Below are positions 22,246-34,912 of a stretch of 64,000 nucleotides of DNA, piece by piece. How positions within the stretch are numbered: position 1 is the first letter of the stretch; every line of letters starts with the position of its first letter. The notes beneath the pieces were generated by a model, which was not told where the DNA came from, searched no databases, and saw only the letters and a program-made list of their open reading frames with translations. The stretch comes from Schmidtea polychroa (lineage: Eukaryota). The stretch is taken from positions 248,001 through 312,000 of the forward strand of contig JBJFYX010000024.1 in assembly GCA_044892525.1 (NCBI GenBank). Reading direction: 5' to 3'. The position numbers and the translations under genes were made by a program.

Positions 22246-25200
22246 ATGCTAGACGAGAGACAGGCAGTTGAAGTGTTAATTGGCGCGGATTATTTTACGC
22301 TTCAACGAGCACTCAAAGAAATCGATGGTAAGTTGGATGAACCGATTGCCCGTTTAACGCCACTTGGCTGGACATGTGTGGGAAGAACCTCGGTGGGAAG
22401 AACTTGGAACCATCAAAGCAATTTCATACGAACGTTCTTCGGTAATGGCGAGGATTTGCAACGACAGATGGAGCGATTTTGGGAAATTGATGATAGCGGC
22501 TTAAAGGAAAATATATTTGCAGCGAAAGACCAAGCGATTTATGAGAAAACCAAATCTGAGATGAAGAAAGTAGACGGACATTTCGAGGTAAAAGTGCCAT
22601 GGAAAGAGTCACCAACAGCTTTGCTCAATAGTGAAAAAATGGCAGAAAGTCGACTGCGAAGTTTGGACAAGAGGCTTGAAAAGGAAGACTTACGAACTGA
22701 GTATCAGGATATTTTGAATGGTTACCTGAAAAAAGATTATATAAGTATTGTAAAAGAGAAAATGATGCCTGGAGATTCGGAATGGATATTACCACACTTT
22801 CCCGTGGTTAGAAGAGATAAGGACACCACGAAAGTGCGTATTGTGTTTGATGCGGCAGCCAGGTGTAATGGGGTGGGACTTAATGATATGGTGGAAGTTG
22901 GCCCAAAATTACAAAATGAAGTTTTTGATATTTTAATTCGTTTTCGTCGATTTTCCGTAGCTGTTGTTTGTGATATAGCAGAAATGTATCTGCAAATAAG
23001 AATGGCTCTTGAAGACAGGAAATATCATCGGTTTTTATGGTCAACTGGGGGGAAAATTATTAAGTATGAGTTTAATCGGTTAGTGTTTGGTCTTAATGCA
23101 TCTCCATTCCTTGCCCAGCTAGTCGCGCAAGAGAATGCAAAGAAATTTGAAAAGGACTACCCAAAAGTGACAGAATCTATTTGCAAGTCTACGTATATGG
23201 ACGACACCATGGACTCTGTTGATTCTGAAGAAGAAGGAATGAGGCTGAAAGAGGGGCTAGAAACAGTTTGGGGCAATGCCGGAATGCGGCCTAGAAAATG
23301 GCTGTCCAACTCGGAAAGAATTATGGCGACAATCCCAATTGAAGAACGAGCTAAAACACTGAATATTGAAAAGGAAACGACAATGGCCGTCAAGACCCTA
23401 GGTTTGAAATGGTACTCGGAAGACGATGAATTTAGTTTTCAAGTAGATCTGCCGAATGAGGAATGTTTATCGAAAAGAAAGGTATTGAGCATAGTGGCAA
23501 GAATCTTTGATCCATTGGGACTGGTAGGCCCATTCATAATCATAGGGAAAAAGATTATTCAGAAGTTGTGGTTGTCAGGGCTTGATTGGGACGAAAAGCT
23601 ACCTCCAAAGTTGAATAAAGAAATACACAAGTGGGTAGAGGACACAAATAATCTCGGAGATCTGCGAATTGCGAGATGTTTAAGGACTCAAATGAAAAAT
23701 GAATGGCAATTACATGTCTTCTCCGATGCGTCAAGCACCGCATATGGGTCAGCTATATATCTACGGGAAGAAACTATGGTGGGACCTAAAAGTGTGTTAA
23801 TTGCGTCAAGGGCAAAGGTAGCTCCAGTGCAAATTATAAGTATACCAAGGTTGGAAGTAATGGCCGCGTGTACTGGAGTTAAATTAGCAAGACGGGTTTC
23901 AGAAGTGCTCGGGAAACCGATGAGTGAGATATGGTTCTGGTCCGATAGTAAAGATGTAATACATTGGGTTCGAAATTATTCGAGACTATTCAAGCCATTC
24001 GTAGCTAATCGAATTGGGTTCATTCAAGAAATGACCAAACCTGGGCAATGGCATTATGTTCCAACAAGTGAAAATCCATCGGATTTGATCACAAGAGGAT
24101 TATCGGCATCGGATTTGATAAACAGCACCATGTGGTGGGAGGGACCGAAATTTCTACTAGAACCAAAAGGAAATTGGCCAGCGACGGAGTTAAACCAATC
24201 CAATGTAACAAAGGAGTTTGGAAAGGGAATAACAATGATGGCGTGTGTAGAGGGGCAAAGACGAATAGGGAACACGGACTGTTTCAAAGTAGAAACCTTT
24301 TCCTCATGGCAGAGATTGATCAGGGTGCGGGCCTGGGTGGAGCGATTTATTTTGAACACGAGAACGACACAGTCCCAAAGAACCACAGGGCAACTGACAA
24401 CTGAGGAGCTTAAAAGAATGGAACTCAATGTAATTAAAGGAGAGCAGGCGAAGTTTTTCTCTGAGGACCTGGCACGACTTATCAAGAATGAAAGGGTAGA
24501 TATCAGAAGCCGTTTGTTAAAGTTGACACCAGTTTTAGATGAGATGACTGTGTTACGAAATAATAGCCGCATAATTCATGCAAAGAATTTACCATGGGAG
24601 ACAAAATATCCAATAATTCTATCGGACAAGAGTTGGGTCACCAGACTAATCATCAAAGATTGCCATGAAAGTTTGAGCCATTATGCAGGAACTCAACATG
24701 TCTTAAGTGTGTTGAACGAAAAATATTGGATTTTGAAGGCCAAAGTAATGATCAAACAATGTGAGACAGATTGCGGAATGTGTAGAAAAAGAAAAGCTAA
24801 AGGAATGAGTCAAATAATGGCACCGTTACCGGCGTTCAGGGTTTCAGAACCTTTTAGAGCCTTTGTTCACTCGGCAGTAGATTTTGCAGGACCGTTTGAA
24901 ACTAAAGTAGGCAGAGGAAAGGTGAGAAATAAAAGGTACATTTGCCTATTCGTATGTTTAAAGTCACGGGCGGTGCATATTGAAATGGCATATGGGTTGG
25001 ACACAGACTCATTCATTCGAGCGTTTATGAGGTTTGCAGCGAGGCGGGGGATGCCAAAATTGATGATCTCAGACAATGGCACAAATTTCATAGGCGCCAC
25101 TTCTACAGTAAAGAATTTTGTAATCGACAACTATAAAACTCAAAGAGAGTTGTCGAAGCATCAATGTAGTTGGATCTTCAATCCTCCATCAGCACCGCAT

Positions 25201-25806
25201 TTTGGGGGAGTTTTTGAGTCCATGATCAAATCGGCAAAGCGAGCTATGAATGCCATACAGACAAGTGCAGATGTGACCGACGAAGAATTGGGAAATGTTT
25301 TGACAAGGGCTGAAATGTTGATAAATTCTCGGCCCTTAGTGGTTCAGGCAGTAGACAGTAAGGAAGACGCTGTGCTAACTCCAAATCATTTATTAATTGC
25401 CGGTTGGAAAGGAGAAGCTGTGGAAAATATAGAAGGGAAGAAAATGTCATGTACGGTGTTTCGGTGGAGACGAATTCAGGAGTTAACCGAGCACTTCTGG
25501 CGGCGATGGATGAAAGAATTGGTCCCGTGCTGGCGGCAAAGGGCGAAATGGAATAAGATAGAAGATGATGTCAAGACAGGGTCAACAGTGTGGGTTTTAG
25601 ACAAAAGGAATAAGTATGGGAAGTGGCCAATGGGGAGAGTAATCGAAGTGATACCGGGAGAAGACGGAAAGCTACGCGTGATGAGGATAAAATGTGAAGG
25701 AAAGGAGGTATTAAGATGCATGTCTAAATTATGCTTGATCACAAAAGAAGAAGTTAATGGGGATGTGAGATTGACACCAAAGTGTCAAGGGGGGGAGGAT
25801 GTTTAA
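22246..25806 (+). CDS. pol: BEL Pol: RT, RNase H and integrase (in frame with Gag; separated by TGA at 22216, probably formerly TGG)
   Basis: DIAEMYLQI, YMDD, LHVFSDAS, H-H-C-C, DFAGP, SDNGTNF, GGVFES and WRRIQELTEHFWRRW. Confidence 0.97.
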   Translation: MLDERQAVEVLIGADYFTLQRALKEIDGKLDEPIARLTPLGWTCVGRTSVGRTWNHQSNFIRTFFGNGEDLQRQMERFWEIDDSGLKENIFAAKDQAIYEKTKSEMKKVDGHFEVKVPWKESPTALLNSEKMAESRLRSLDKRLEKEDLRTEYQDILNGYLKKDYISIVKEKMMPGDSEWILPHFPVVRRDKDTTKVRIVFDAAARCNGVGLNDMVEVGPKLQNEVFDILIRFRRFSVAVVCDIAEMYLQIRMALEDRKYHRFLWSTGGKIIKYEFNRLVFGLNASPFLAQLVAQENAKKFEKDYPKVTESICKSTYMDDTMDSVDSEEEGMRLKEGLETVWGNAGMRPRKWLSNSERIMATIPIEERAKTLNIEKETTMAVKTLGLKWYSEDDEFSFQVDLPNEECLSKRKVLSIVARIFDPLGLVGPFIIIGKKIIQKLWLSGLDWDEKLPPKLNKEIHKWVEDTNNLGDLRIARCLRTQMKNEWQLHVFSDASSTAYGSAIYLREETMVGPKSVLIASRAKVAPVQIISIPRLEVMAACTGVKLARRVSEVLGKPMSEIWFWSDSKDVIHWVRNYSRLFKPFVANRIGFIQEMTKPGQWHYVPTSENPSDLITRGLSASDLINSTMWWEGPKFLLEPKGNWPATELNQSNVTKEFGKGITMMACVEGQRRIGNTDCFKVETFSSWQRLIRVRAWVERFILNTRTTQSQRTTGQLTTEELKRMELNVIKGEQAKFFSEDLARLIKNERVDIRSRLLKLTPVLDEMTVLRNNSRIIHAKNLPWETKYPIILSDKSWVTRLIIKDCHESLSHYAGTQHVLSVLNEKYWILKAKVMIKQCETDCGMCRKRKAKGMSQIMAPLPAFRVSEPFRAFVHSAVDFAGPFETKVGRGKVRNKRYICLFVCLKSRAVHIEMAYGLDTDSFIRAFMRFAARRGMPKLMISDNGTNFIGATSTVKNFVIDNYKTQRELSKHQCSWIFNPPSAPHFGGVFESMIKSAKRAMNAIQTSADVTDEELGNVLTRAEMLINSRPLVVQAVDSKEDAVLTPNHLLIAGWKGEAVENIEGKKMSCTVFRWRRIQELTEHFWRRWMKELVPCWRQRAKWNKIEDDVKTGSTVWVLDKRNKYGKWPMGRVIEVIPGEDGKLRVMRIKCEGKEVLRCMSKLCLITKEEVNGDVRLTPKCQGGEDV
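25787..25799 (+). promoter_or_regulatory. BEL polypurine tract
   Basis: A/G-only run (AAGG...GGAGGA) directly before the 3' LTR. Confidence 0.85.
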
Positions 25807-26719
25807 TTTGAGGTTCGGGTCTGTGTGCGCCTTTTACTATCCTTGTGTTGTTGGCTGTGGGCGCACACAGACGCATATAGTTGTGGGTGTGGTTTGGCTT
25901 TTTTCTATCGCGTCTGTGTGCGCGGTCTGGTTAGACCGATTCTTGTTGGTGTGCGCACACAGACGCGAGAAGTAGGTTTTGATTAATTGTTAATTTTTAT
26001 ATGATAAATGGTTTTTGGCAGAAATTCTGGATTTTTAATTCGAATTGATTTGTTTTAAATTGGTTTGTGATTGGTGGAAGTTTAAAAAGGGCTTTCGGTT
26101 CTGGAACAAGTTCCTTTGTTAAAATGGCGTTTATTTCATGGATGAAATATCATTTTAGTGATGATTCTGATAGCAAAATTGAGATTTGTGCCAATCCTGA
26201 AGATTTTGAGATGTTTTTAAGAAACATTCCATCAAATATTAATTACCCTTCTGTATTGTCAAATAATCGGACAGCAAATTGTGAGTTTGCGCTCCTCGTG
26301 GTCAAATGTAATCTACTACAATCTTCTGAAGAAATGCCTTCTAATACAAAATTGTTTTGGAATTTATTAGATGATAACAAAATTCAATATATTGCCTCAT
26401 CTATGGTTGATGTTGACGGATCTATGATTTACAAGTTACGCAATATTGCGAGTCTCAATCCATCAGGAGTTCAATTAGCAAAGGAAACGAGATATTTATG
26501 CATTGTGGCTACAGGAAGAATTTCTTCTACTATAACGAGCGATGTGATAAAATCAAACTTAGACTTTATGAAATCGGATTATGACTTAAGTGATGATGTT
26601 TATGTAAATTATGATTTCGAACAGATCATTCAATGCTGTGAAATTTTGTTGCCACATAGAGCCGACTCCATCGAGTCTATTTCAAATAAAATTGTTATTC
26701 GTTCAATTCGATTAATTCA
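25800..26719 (+). repeat. BEL 3' LTR, containing an uninterrupted ORF of about 200 codons from ATG 26124
   Basis: Direct repeat of 19009-19928; ORF track 26067..26747. Confidence 0.97.
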
Positions 26720-27236
26720 AAGTGTCTTAAGAACACTTTTGAAATAAAATAGAAAACTCAAAAATTACTAATTATTTAAAGTATGAAAATAAAACTCAAA
26801 ATAATAATTATAAGTATTATTAAAATATGCAAATAAAATATTAAATTAATTCTTGAAATAACAGCTGCCCTAAAAATTTGTATAAATAGCGACAAAAAAT
26901 TAGTTTTAGCCGCCCAAAAATCTTGCGAAGAAATTCTTATTCAAAGGTTAATCCTTCGAATAAATTAATAATTGAATCAGCACAGAAAGATTCACACACA
27001 AAAGAAACTTGCTAAGATATAACACGCATATATAACAAATAACAAAAACATATTTTTTTCACACGCATTTCAGTGGAGGATATTGATAGATAATTGTCAA
27101 CCCTTTTAGAATTGGAAAAATTGTGTAGATTTGGTAATTTTTGATCATAATAAATTTTTATATACACATATTTGTTCTGTTTTGATATATATAAGAACCA
27201 GCAAGTTGAGTGTTCCCGAATATCGAGACCTCAACA
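26720..27236 (+). repeat. Gypsy 5' LTR, right part
   Basis: Matches about 37551-38067 with 3 substitutions seen; ends GAGACCTCAACA. Confidence 0.95.
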
Positions 27237-27238
27237 TT

Positions 27239-27256
27239 TGGTGCCGCGAACCGGGA
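27239..27256 (+). promoter_or_regulatory. Gypsy primer-binding site (tRNA-Phe/His-like)
   Basis: TGGTGCCGCGAACCGGGA two bases after the LTR end; the cognate tRNA is uncertain. Confidence 0.75.
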
Positions 27257-27475
27257 CTTTAAAATCAATTATTGTTATTCACAATTTGGGGGATAGGAAT
27301 TGAGATCAGAGGGTTATAGTATTTTATATTGGGAAAATATATTTATAAAAACAATATCATTGATCAATTTTAAATAAATAAATTCAGTTTTGAAAATTAT
27401 TAAATAATTTATAAAGATAAAATAGATAATTAACCCGAAATAGTTTACAATCTCAGAAATAGAATAGTCTATAGG

Positions 27476-30106
27476 ATGAATAATAATAATAATTACATAA
27501 AAATTTTACCAGTAGAACCATATAGAGGAGAGCCTGAAAAGTTCGTTGATTTTTTCACTGAGATCGCTCAGTATGCAGAAGCTTGTGGTTGGACACCTGA
27601 TGAGTTAAAAATGAGAATCCCACTATATCTAAAAGGTTATGCGTTACAGGCATACAATAACTTAGAATGTAAAGGAAATAATTTTGATCAGCTCGTAAGA
27701 TATCTGAGAGCAGAAATAGTAATTGATAGCGATTTACAAAAGATAAATGTTCAAAAATTTAGAAACAGATACCAAGGTACTAGAGAATCAGTTGGTGAGT
27801 ATGTATATACGATTACGGAGTTAGCGAAAAAGGCATTTGGTGCAGGCGAGCACACAGCAAAATTAATTGAGGATCAGTTTTGGAATGGTATACAAAAATA
27901 ATATGGTAATTTAAATGAATTAGTTCATAAAGCTAAGCGTATAGAAGCAATACAACGAGATCGGTTTAGTTCACATGTAGATGCATTAGAAATCCAAAAA
28001 CCCATAGAGGTAAAATCTGAGTTGGGTAAGTCTGATGACAACATCCCCTGGGAGGAGATGAAACAACTATATTTGAACTTTGTAAAAAATAGACGAAGGG
28101 TAAGCCCGAGTCCGGATAGAAGTCAATCGCCTGAAAACAGGAGGAGATTTGATAATGCGAGAAACAGAAACTTTGAGAGTAGAAACAATAGAAATACTTT
28201 TGATTGAGACAATCGTTATGAATATAATAGAAACAATTATACGAGAGATAATCGAGTCGATTTTAGTAGAAATAATTTGAGAAATAATAAATATGATAGA
28301 AGTAATAGATATGATAATAGAGATAATACAAATGATTTGAGACGTAGACAGACAAGTCCATATAGACAGAATTCATATAGAGAAAGGCGAAGAAGCCCTT
28401 ATAATAATGATGGTAGAGATAAAGTAAATTTTAATGGACAGATCAAATGTTACAATTGCCAAAAATATGGTCACTTAGCTAAAGTATGTAATAATGCGCG
28501 AAGCGAATCGCCCAATAGAGTGAGATTCAAAAATGAGCCTGAGATAAAACAGATTAATAGTGCTGAGTTGATATCAGCTAATGATGAAATAAACAGTTTG
28601 AGAGAGGAATTAAAAGAATTTAAAACTCAATATGGGAGACTTATTGAGAGAAAGTTAGAAATGTCATTAAACGAGTTTCAGTGTTTCACCAATGATGTAG
28701 ATATAGATAATGATGAGTTTCGTGAAGCAAGAGAAGCGGATGAAAAATTTCTTGCAGAAGCAAATAGATGTAAAGAATTAAAAGAGGAATTAAAAGAGAC
28801 ATTACAAAAATGGCCTTATGATGATAATGAGACATTGCGTATAATAAATAGAGTTCAAGTCGAAGGAATTGACTTAGAATATTTGAGAAATTTGATACCA
28901 CTAATGGTAAAGAGACAAAATATGACAAGAGTATTTGAATTAGAAATAGAATTGAAAGAAATGATAAAATGTTATGGTGAATTTGTGAGAAAAAATCAGA
29001 AATTACATGAGTCATTGAATATAACTATTGAGGCAAAGGACCTTTCGAGATTATTTATGCGTAGTACAGGGGTACATGTTTGCACAAAAGTGAATAAAGT
29101 AAAACAGATGGCCAGAGCCAATTGGCCCGAGAAATTGGGAGATAATGATAAAATGAAACTGTATTTTAACGGGGTAGAAATGATGAATAACGAATACATA
29201 ATAGACTATGGGGTAAATGTTATTGATAACAATATTATTTCGGCCGTAATAGAAAGGCAAGAAAGTAAACAAATTGATACACCAACTCCATCAGTAGAAT
29301 TGAGTATAAACGATGAAAATGACTACGACAAATTATTTAGATTATGGGATGCTTCTTCAGGAGGAGCAATGAAGTCACCAACAGCTAGCGATGAAATCTT
29401 TAAACCTATTGATACTAAATATGATAATTTACATGAGACAATAGAAAAAATTGCGAAACAAGCAAATATGCAGGATGCAGAGACGATGAGACGAGGTAGA
29501 GGAAGGCCTCGAAAATCTGAAATAGCCGAAAAGTCAGATGACAGAAAGGCAGCAGAGCGTTTAAGAGATATTGCAAATAATATGAGACAGGAAGTCCCAA
29601 AAAATCAGGATAATGACAAAGATATAAAGATGATAACAGAGTTAGTTAAAGCAATGAATATGAGACGATTTCCGGAAGCAAAACCATCAGCGTTAATGGA
29701 AAATATAGTTAAAAAGATTAAATTAATGGAAAAAGAGATTAGAGAATTGAGTGCAGAGGAAGCGAATGAAGAGACAGTGTTAAAAATATTATTTACAACA
29801 GGAGTTAATCGGGATAAAGTGATTACGGCGATGGCATATCTAATAGCAAGATACAAGAAACTTTTGCGATTGAATCCAAAGAATCAGATAGAAAATATGA
29901 TATATGATAAATTAAAAATAGACGCTATGCCATGGATAAAATTAAAGGGAGGATGGAAAATACTGTATGATGAGAGTCTAATCGAAAGTGTTAAGGAAAG
30001 CGTAGGAGACAATATTAATGTAGAAATAGATGATACGGAGGAGACAGTAAAAAATCTAGTAAATAAAACAACTATGGGACCAAGTCAAAAAGAAAGGAAG
30101 TCGACA
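27476..30106 (+). pseudogene. gag: Gypsy Gag with CCHC knuckle plus long accessory spacer (UBL-like domain, AT-hook); in-frame stops at 27899 and 28205
   Basis: PYRGEPEKFVDFF...YLKGYALQAY capsid region, RS/RN-rich linker, CYNCQKYGHLAKVC and RRGRGRPRKS, all in one frame. Confidence 0.85.
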
Positions 30107-31230
30107 ATGTCAATAGTAATTATAGTAATAACGTTATTGTTAGATCTGATAAAAGGAAATAATGCGATCATAGCATATGACTGTCAGAATCCCAAGTGGG
30201 GACAGAAATATTCATTATTAGATGTAGAAAATTGCCCAGAGGCCAATCCAACAAAACTAATTGTTGCAGATCCAAAGATTTTTCACATATATCAAGAGTC
30301 TGACTTCATTCACACTGAGGCAGGAGAATGTATCGTTAAATATTCAGAGGAAAGTTTTGTATGTAATAAAATAGCGAGAACAATATTAACTCCAACATGG
30401 GCACCAGAAGCGATAATAATAGCACCAATCGAATGTGAAAATGCATTTAAGACAAAAAAGATAAAAACGCCGGATGGATTTGAATTAAATGCTCAGGTAG
30501 GAGCACGAGTAAGACAATTAGTAAATGTCGTCGGATGGTCATCAACAGGAGGATATTGTGAAGGAGGAACGTATAAAATATGGGGGCATGTAGCAGACAA
30601 TATTGTAGTAAGACGACAATATTACATTGAATTAAGGAAATTCAAGGCGTCATTTGATAGTTCATCAAAGAAAATGATGACACATAAGTTCTGTACATTA
30701 GATGAGACAAGCTGTGATACAGGTGAGTCAAGGATCATATACAAAGTAAATAAATACGAATGAGAATTAACTGAACTGTAAAAAAAGTTAGAATTTCAGG
30801 AAGTCAACGAAATGGATAACAATGGGATGTATACGAGAGAGGCGATAGAGAGCGCCAGAAAACATATGCTATTTCCTCATGAAAAAGAAAAAGTTCTTTC
30901 TATTATGGTAAACAAAATCATCGAGAATAGTTATGGAGGGAATTACAACTTTGATGTATTATTATCAAAAGAGCACTTCAAGAAAGTTGTATATAGAGTA
31001 TTATACAGCATATGGGGATATTTTGCGATTCTCGGAAATACGTTTTCCACTATTTTAGGTATATATTATACAGTAGCACTACTGAAAATGATTTGTTCAT
31101 CATTAGTTTCATTAAGACAACTGAGACAAGTTTTTGGTAATTCATATAAAATGATGGCATGTTTATGTCCATTCATAGCGAAATATCTGATCACTGCGAA
31201 GCACGACAAAGAAATCAAACGGATGAAAAG
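30107..31230 (+). pseudogene. Chuvirus-like envelope glycoprotein, internally deleted, in frame between Gag and protease
   Basis: Signal-like MSIVIIVITLLLDLIKG, then AIIAYDC...YSLLDVENC...CEGG...CTLDETSCDTG; C-terminal GMYTREAI...MLFPHEKEKVL...WGYFAILGNTFSTILGIYYTVALLKMI hydrophobic block; stops at 30761 and 30779. Confidence 0.75.
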
Positions 31231-31479
31231 TCGAAGGGAAGAGGGTGAAATAATGATCACCAATGAGAGAGATGACGAGGCAAACAAATCAGAAAATATT
31301 GAGCAACCACATATTGGGTTATATGATAATCAAAGAGAACAATTGACAGAATTGAGAAATAATATTGAAATTAGAATCCCAGGTGAAAATGGTAATTGTC
31401 ATTGTATTCCAAGGAAAACTTATGGATGTTACGGGTTAGAACTTGACGATTTATTAGAAGGGTTAAATGAAGCAAGACC

Positions 31480-34400
31480 TAAACTAAAAATAGTGATAAA
31501 CAATACGATAATAAAGGCATTATGTGACACAGGAGCAGCAGCTTCTATGATTCGTGAAGATCAGTTAACCGAAAATCAAAAGAAAAATATCGTGATTACA
31601 AGAGATAGAGTAATTTCATTATCATCACACTACATACCATTAAAAGGCGACATCGAATTAACAGTCCACTTTTCAGATCAAGTGATTGAACATGTCTTCA
31701 AGGTAGTAGCAGAATACAAATGCATGTGTGTCCTTGGGATAGACATACTCAAGAAGTTAAAAAACTGTGTAATCGATTTAACGGATAGTACAGTTAAACG
31801 GAAAGCAATATATCAAGACGCAAGATTTACTGAGGTAATTGTATTAGAGACATTCGAACTAGAATATCAAAGTGATCATATAATTCCAGTAAAAGTTAAT
31901 GTTAAAAGTGAGGACACTTTCATTTTCGAGCCTGAAACGGGAATATCACGAAATCATAATGTAATGTTAACAGACGAGTGTGTAATTCCAAATAATGGGA
32001 TAATTCCAATAAGAATCGCGAATTACGAAAGTAAAAATTCATAAAGGTACAAAATTGGGAAAGTTGTTCAAAGGTGAATTAGAGCAAACATTTGAAGTAT
32101 GTGAGATGTCGATGACGAGTGATGTCAGTGAAGGAATGGTCGAACAGAGTAGAACGAATAATATTAAATTTTATGATAAAATTAAAATAAATAATAATTA
32201 TCTAAACGAAAAACAACAGCTACAACTACAAATTTTACTTGACGAATATAGTGATGTTTTTGCAAAACACGAATTTGATTTAGGAGATACTGATATTATC
32301 AAACATGTAATTGAAACGGGGAATGCTAGACCAATAAAACAGAGACCCTATAGTGTACCATATAAACTGAGGGAAGAGATAAAACGACAAATTAAAGAAT
32401 TAAAAGAGGCAGGCGTAATAAAACAAAGTTTTTCACAATGGGCATCTCCTATTGTACCAGTTAGAAAGAAAGACGGGGAAATTCGAATGTGTATTGATTA
32501 TCGTAAATTAAACGATGTAACAGTAAAAGATTCTTACCCATTCCCGAGAGCACAAGAACAATATGATAAACTTAGGGATACTAAGTATTTCACAGTAATA
32601 GATGCAAATAAAGGTTACATGCAAATTCAAATGGAAGAGGGGGATGCGGAAAAAACTGCTTTTGTGATTGAGGATGGTTTATACGAATATACAAGATTAC
32701 CGTTTAAGTTAACTAATGCGCCAGCAACATTTCAACGTTTAATGAACACAGTATTAGTAGATGTACAACATTGCGCAGTATATATGGATGATATATTAAT
32801 TTCATCAAAAACATTTGAGGAACATCTAAAAGATATAGCTAATGTACTAGAAAGATTAAGAAAAGCTAAAATCAAAATAAAACCCACTAAATGTAAATGG
32901 GCAGAACCTTCAGCATTATTTTTAGGACACATAGTTACAGTAGATGGTATAATACCTAATCCCGATAAAATTGAAGTAGTTAAAAAATTTCCAGTTCCAA
33001 AAACATTACAACAAGTACAGGAATTTTTAGGTCTCACAGGATATTATCGTAAATTCATACAAGATTATGCAAAAATAGCAGCACCACTAATTGAATTAAC
33101 AAAAGGAGTCAAAACAAAGGGAGAGAGTAAGGGAGTGTTAATAGTACAGGAGATTAACGATAAAATTAACAAGCCACAAAAGAAATGGAAAGACGAACAT
33201 CAAAAAGCTTTTGATCAACTAAAAGAAAAATTAATAACAGCACCGATACTAAGGTACCCAGATTTTAAAAAACAGTTTATTGTCATGACAGACGCCAGCG
33301 GGAAGGCCGTAGGGGCAGTCTTAGGACAAGAAGAGGAAAAGGGTAAAGATTATGTAATAGGTTAAGCAAGCAAAACATTAAAAGGAGCACAGATTAAGTA
33401 CTCAACAATTGAGAAAGAGTGTTATGCTATAGTTTTTGCATTAAAACAATTTAAGCCATACATATATAAAACTGAAGTAGTAATTAGAACAGACCATAAG
33501 CCATTAGAAGGGTTATGGAAACATAAAGATACATCCAGCAGATTGTTAAAGTGGGCAATGAAAATACAAGACATGCACATAAAGATTGTATACAAACCAG
33601 GCAGAATAAACAGGAATGCAGATGCATTATCACGAATTCCAGAGTTGGGAGCACTAGAAGTTTTTGCATTAGTAACTGAAAAACCAATAGAAATGTATGA
33701 GGAACAAATGAAAGACCCAGAACTCTTCAAAATAAGAGAGGAAATAAAAAAGGGAACTAACCAAAAGTATAAAATCTGTAAGAAGTTAATTGTTATTGAG
33801 GATTTTAGCGGTAAACAATTAATAGTAGTACCACAAAGATTAAGACAAATTCTTCTATTACAATATCACGATGGTGCTCTAGGAGGTCATTTATCAAGTA
33901 GGAAAACAGCAAGCAGGTTGATGCAAAAATATTATTGGGACGATTTAAAAAAAGATGTTAAGAGATAGTGTAATGCATGCACAATATGCGCAACTAGAAA
34001 AAATACAGGAACAAAGACCTTTACATCCAATCCCAGCTACAACATCACCAATGGAACTGTGCGCAATGGATTTTTTGTGTAAACTACCCACAACAATTAA
34101 CGGGAATAAACACACTAGTTTTTAGCGATTACTTCACAAAATGGGCAGAGGCATTTCCTACTAAAGATGAAACAGCAGAAACAGTGGCAAAATTACTTGT
34201 AGAAAAAATAATCTTTAAAATCGGTACACCGAGAAAACTATTAACAGATAAAGGGAAAAATTTCATGAGCGAAACTATAAAAAGAGTAGCTAACATATTT
34301 AACATGCATAAAATAAACACTGATGGCTTAGTGGAAAGATTCAATGGGACATTGCTAAGTAGATTAGCCGTGTTTGTGGGAAAAAACCAAAATGATTGGG

Positions 34401-34912
34401 ATGAATACGTTAATCAATGCACATACATTCATAATATCACACCAAATGAGACAACGGGATATTCACCATATTTTTTAATGTTCTTAAGAGAGCCTGCAAC
34501 ACCGATTGATACAATTTTTGAACCTCGAGTATCACAATATTTAGATGCGCCAGATTATGTAACATTAATGCAAGAGAGACTACAAGATGTATACAAAGTT
34601 ACAAATTTAAAAGTTAAATTTAGACAAGAACAGTATAAGGCAGATTACGATAAAAATAGCAAACCTCATAATTTTAAAGTGGGAGATAAGGTTAGACTTA
34701 TGTCTCCACAAGTAGGTAAAGGTAAAACAACTAAATTAGCAAGACCATTTAAAGGACCATACGAGGTAGTAAAAGTAGTACATGAAAACCTGCATTTACA
34801 AAAACATAAAAATGAAGATCCTATAATAGTACATGTTAATAGATGCAAACTAGCAGAAACAGAGTTAGTAGAAAAACCACCTCACAAATATGGATTACGA
34901 TCACAAAAGGCA
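31480..34912 (+). pseudogene. pol: Gypsy protease-RT-RNase H-integrase, with several stops and frameshifts
   Basis: LCDTGA, WASPIVPVRKKDGEIRMCIDYRKLN, YMDD, TDAS, TDHKPL, HDGALGGH, LTDKGKNF, GLVERFN and FKGPY. Confidence 0.95.

Larger units (their letters stand above)
19009..26719 (+). mobile_element. BEL/Pao LTR retrotransposon, near full length
   Basis: 920-bp LTRs at 19009-19928 and 25800-26719 (7 differences counted by eye), 5-bp TSD AAGTG (19004-19008 and 26720-26724), PBS, PPT and BEL-type domains. Confidence 0.97.
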
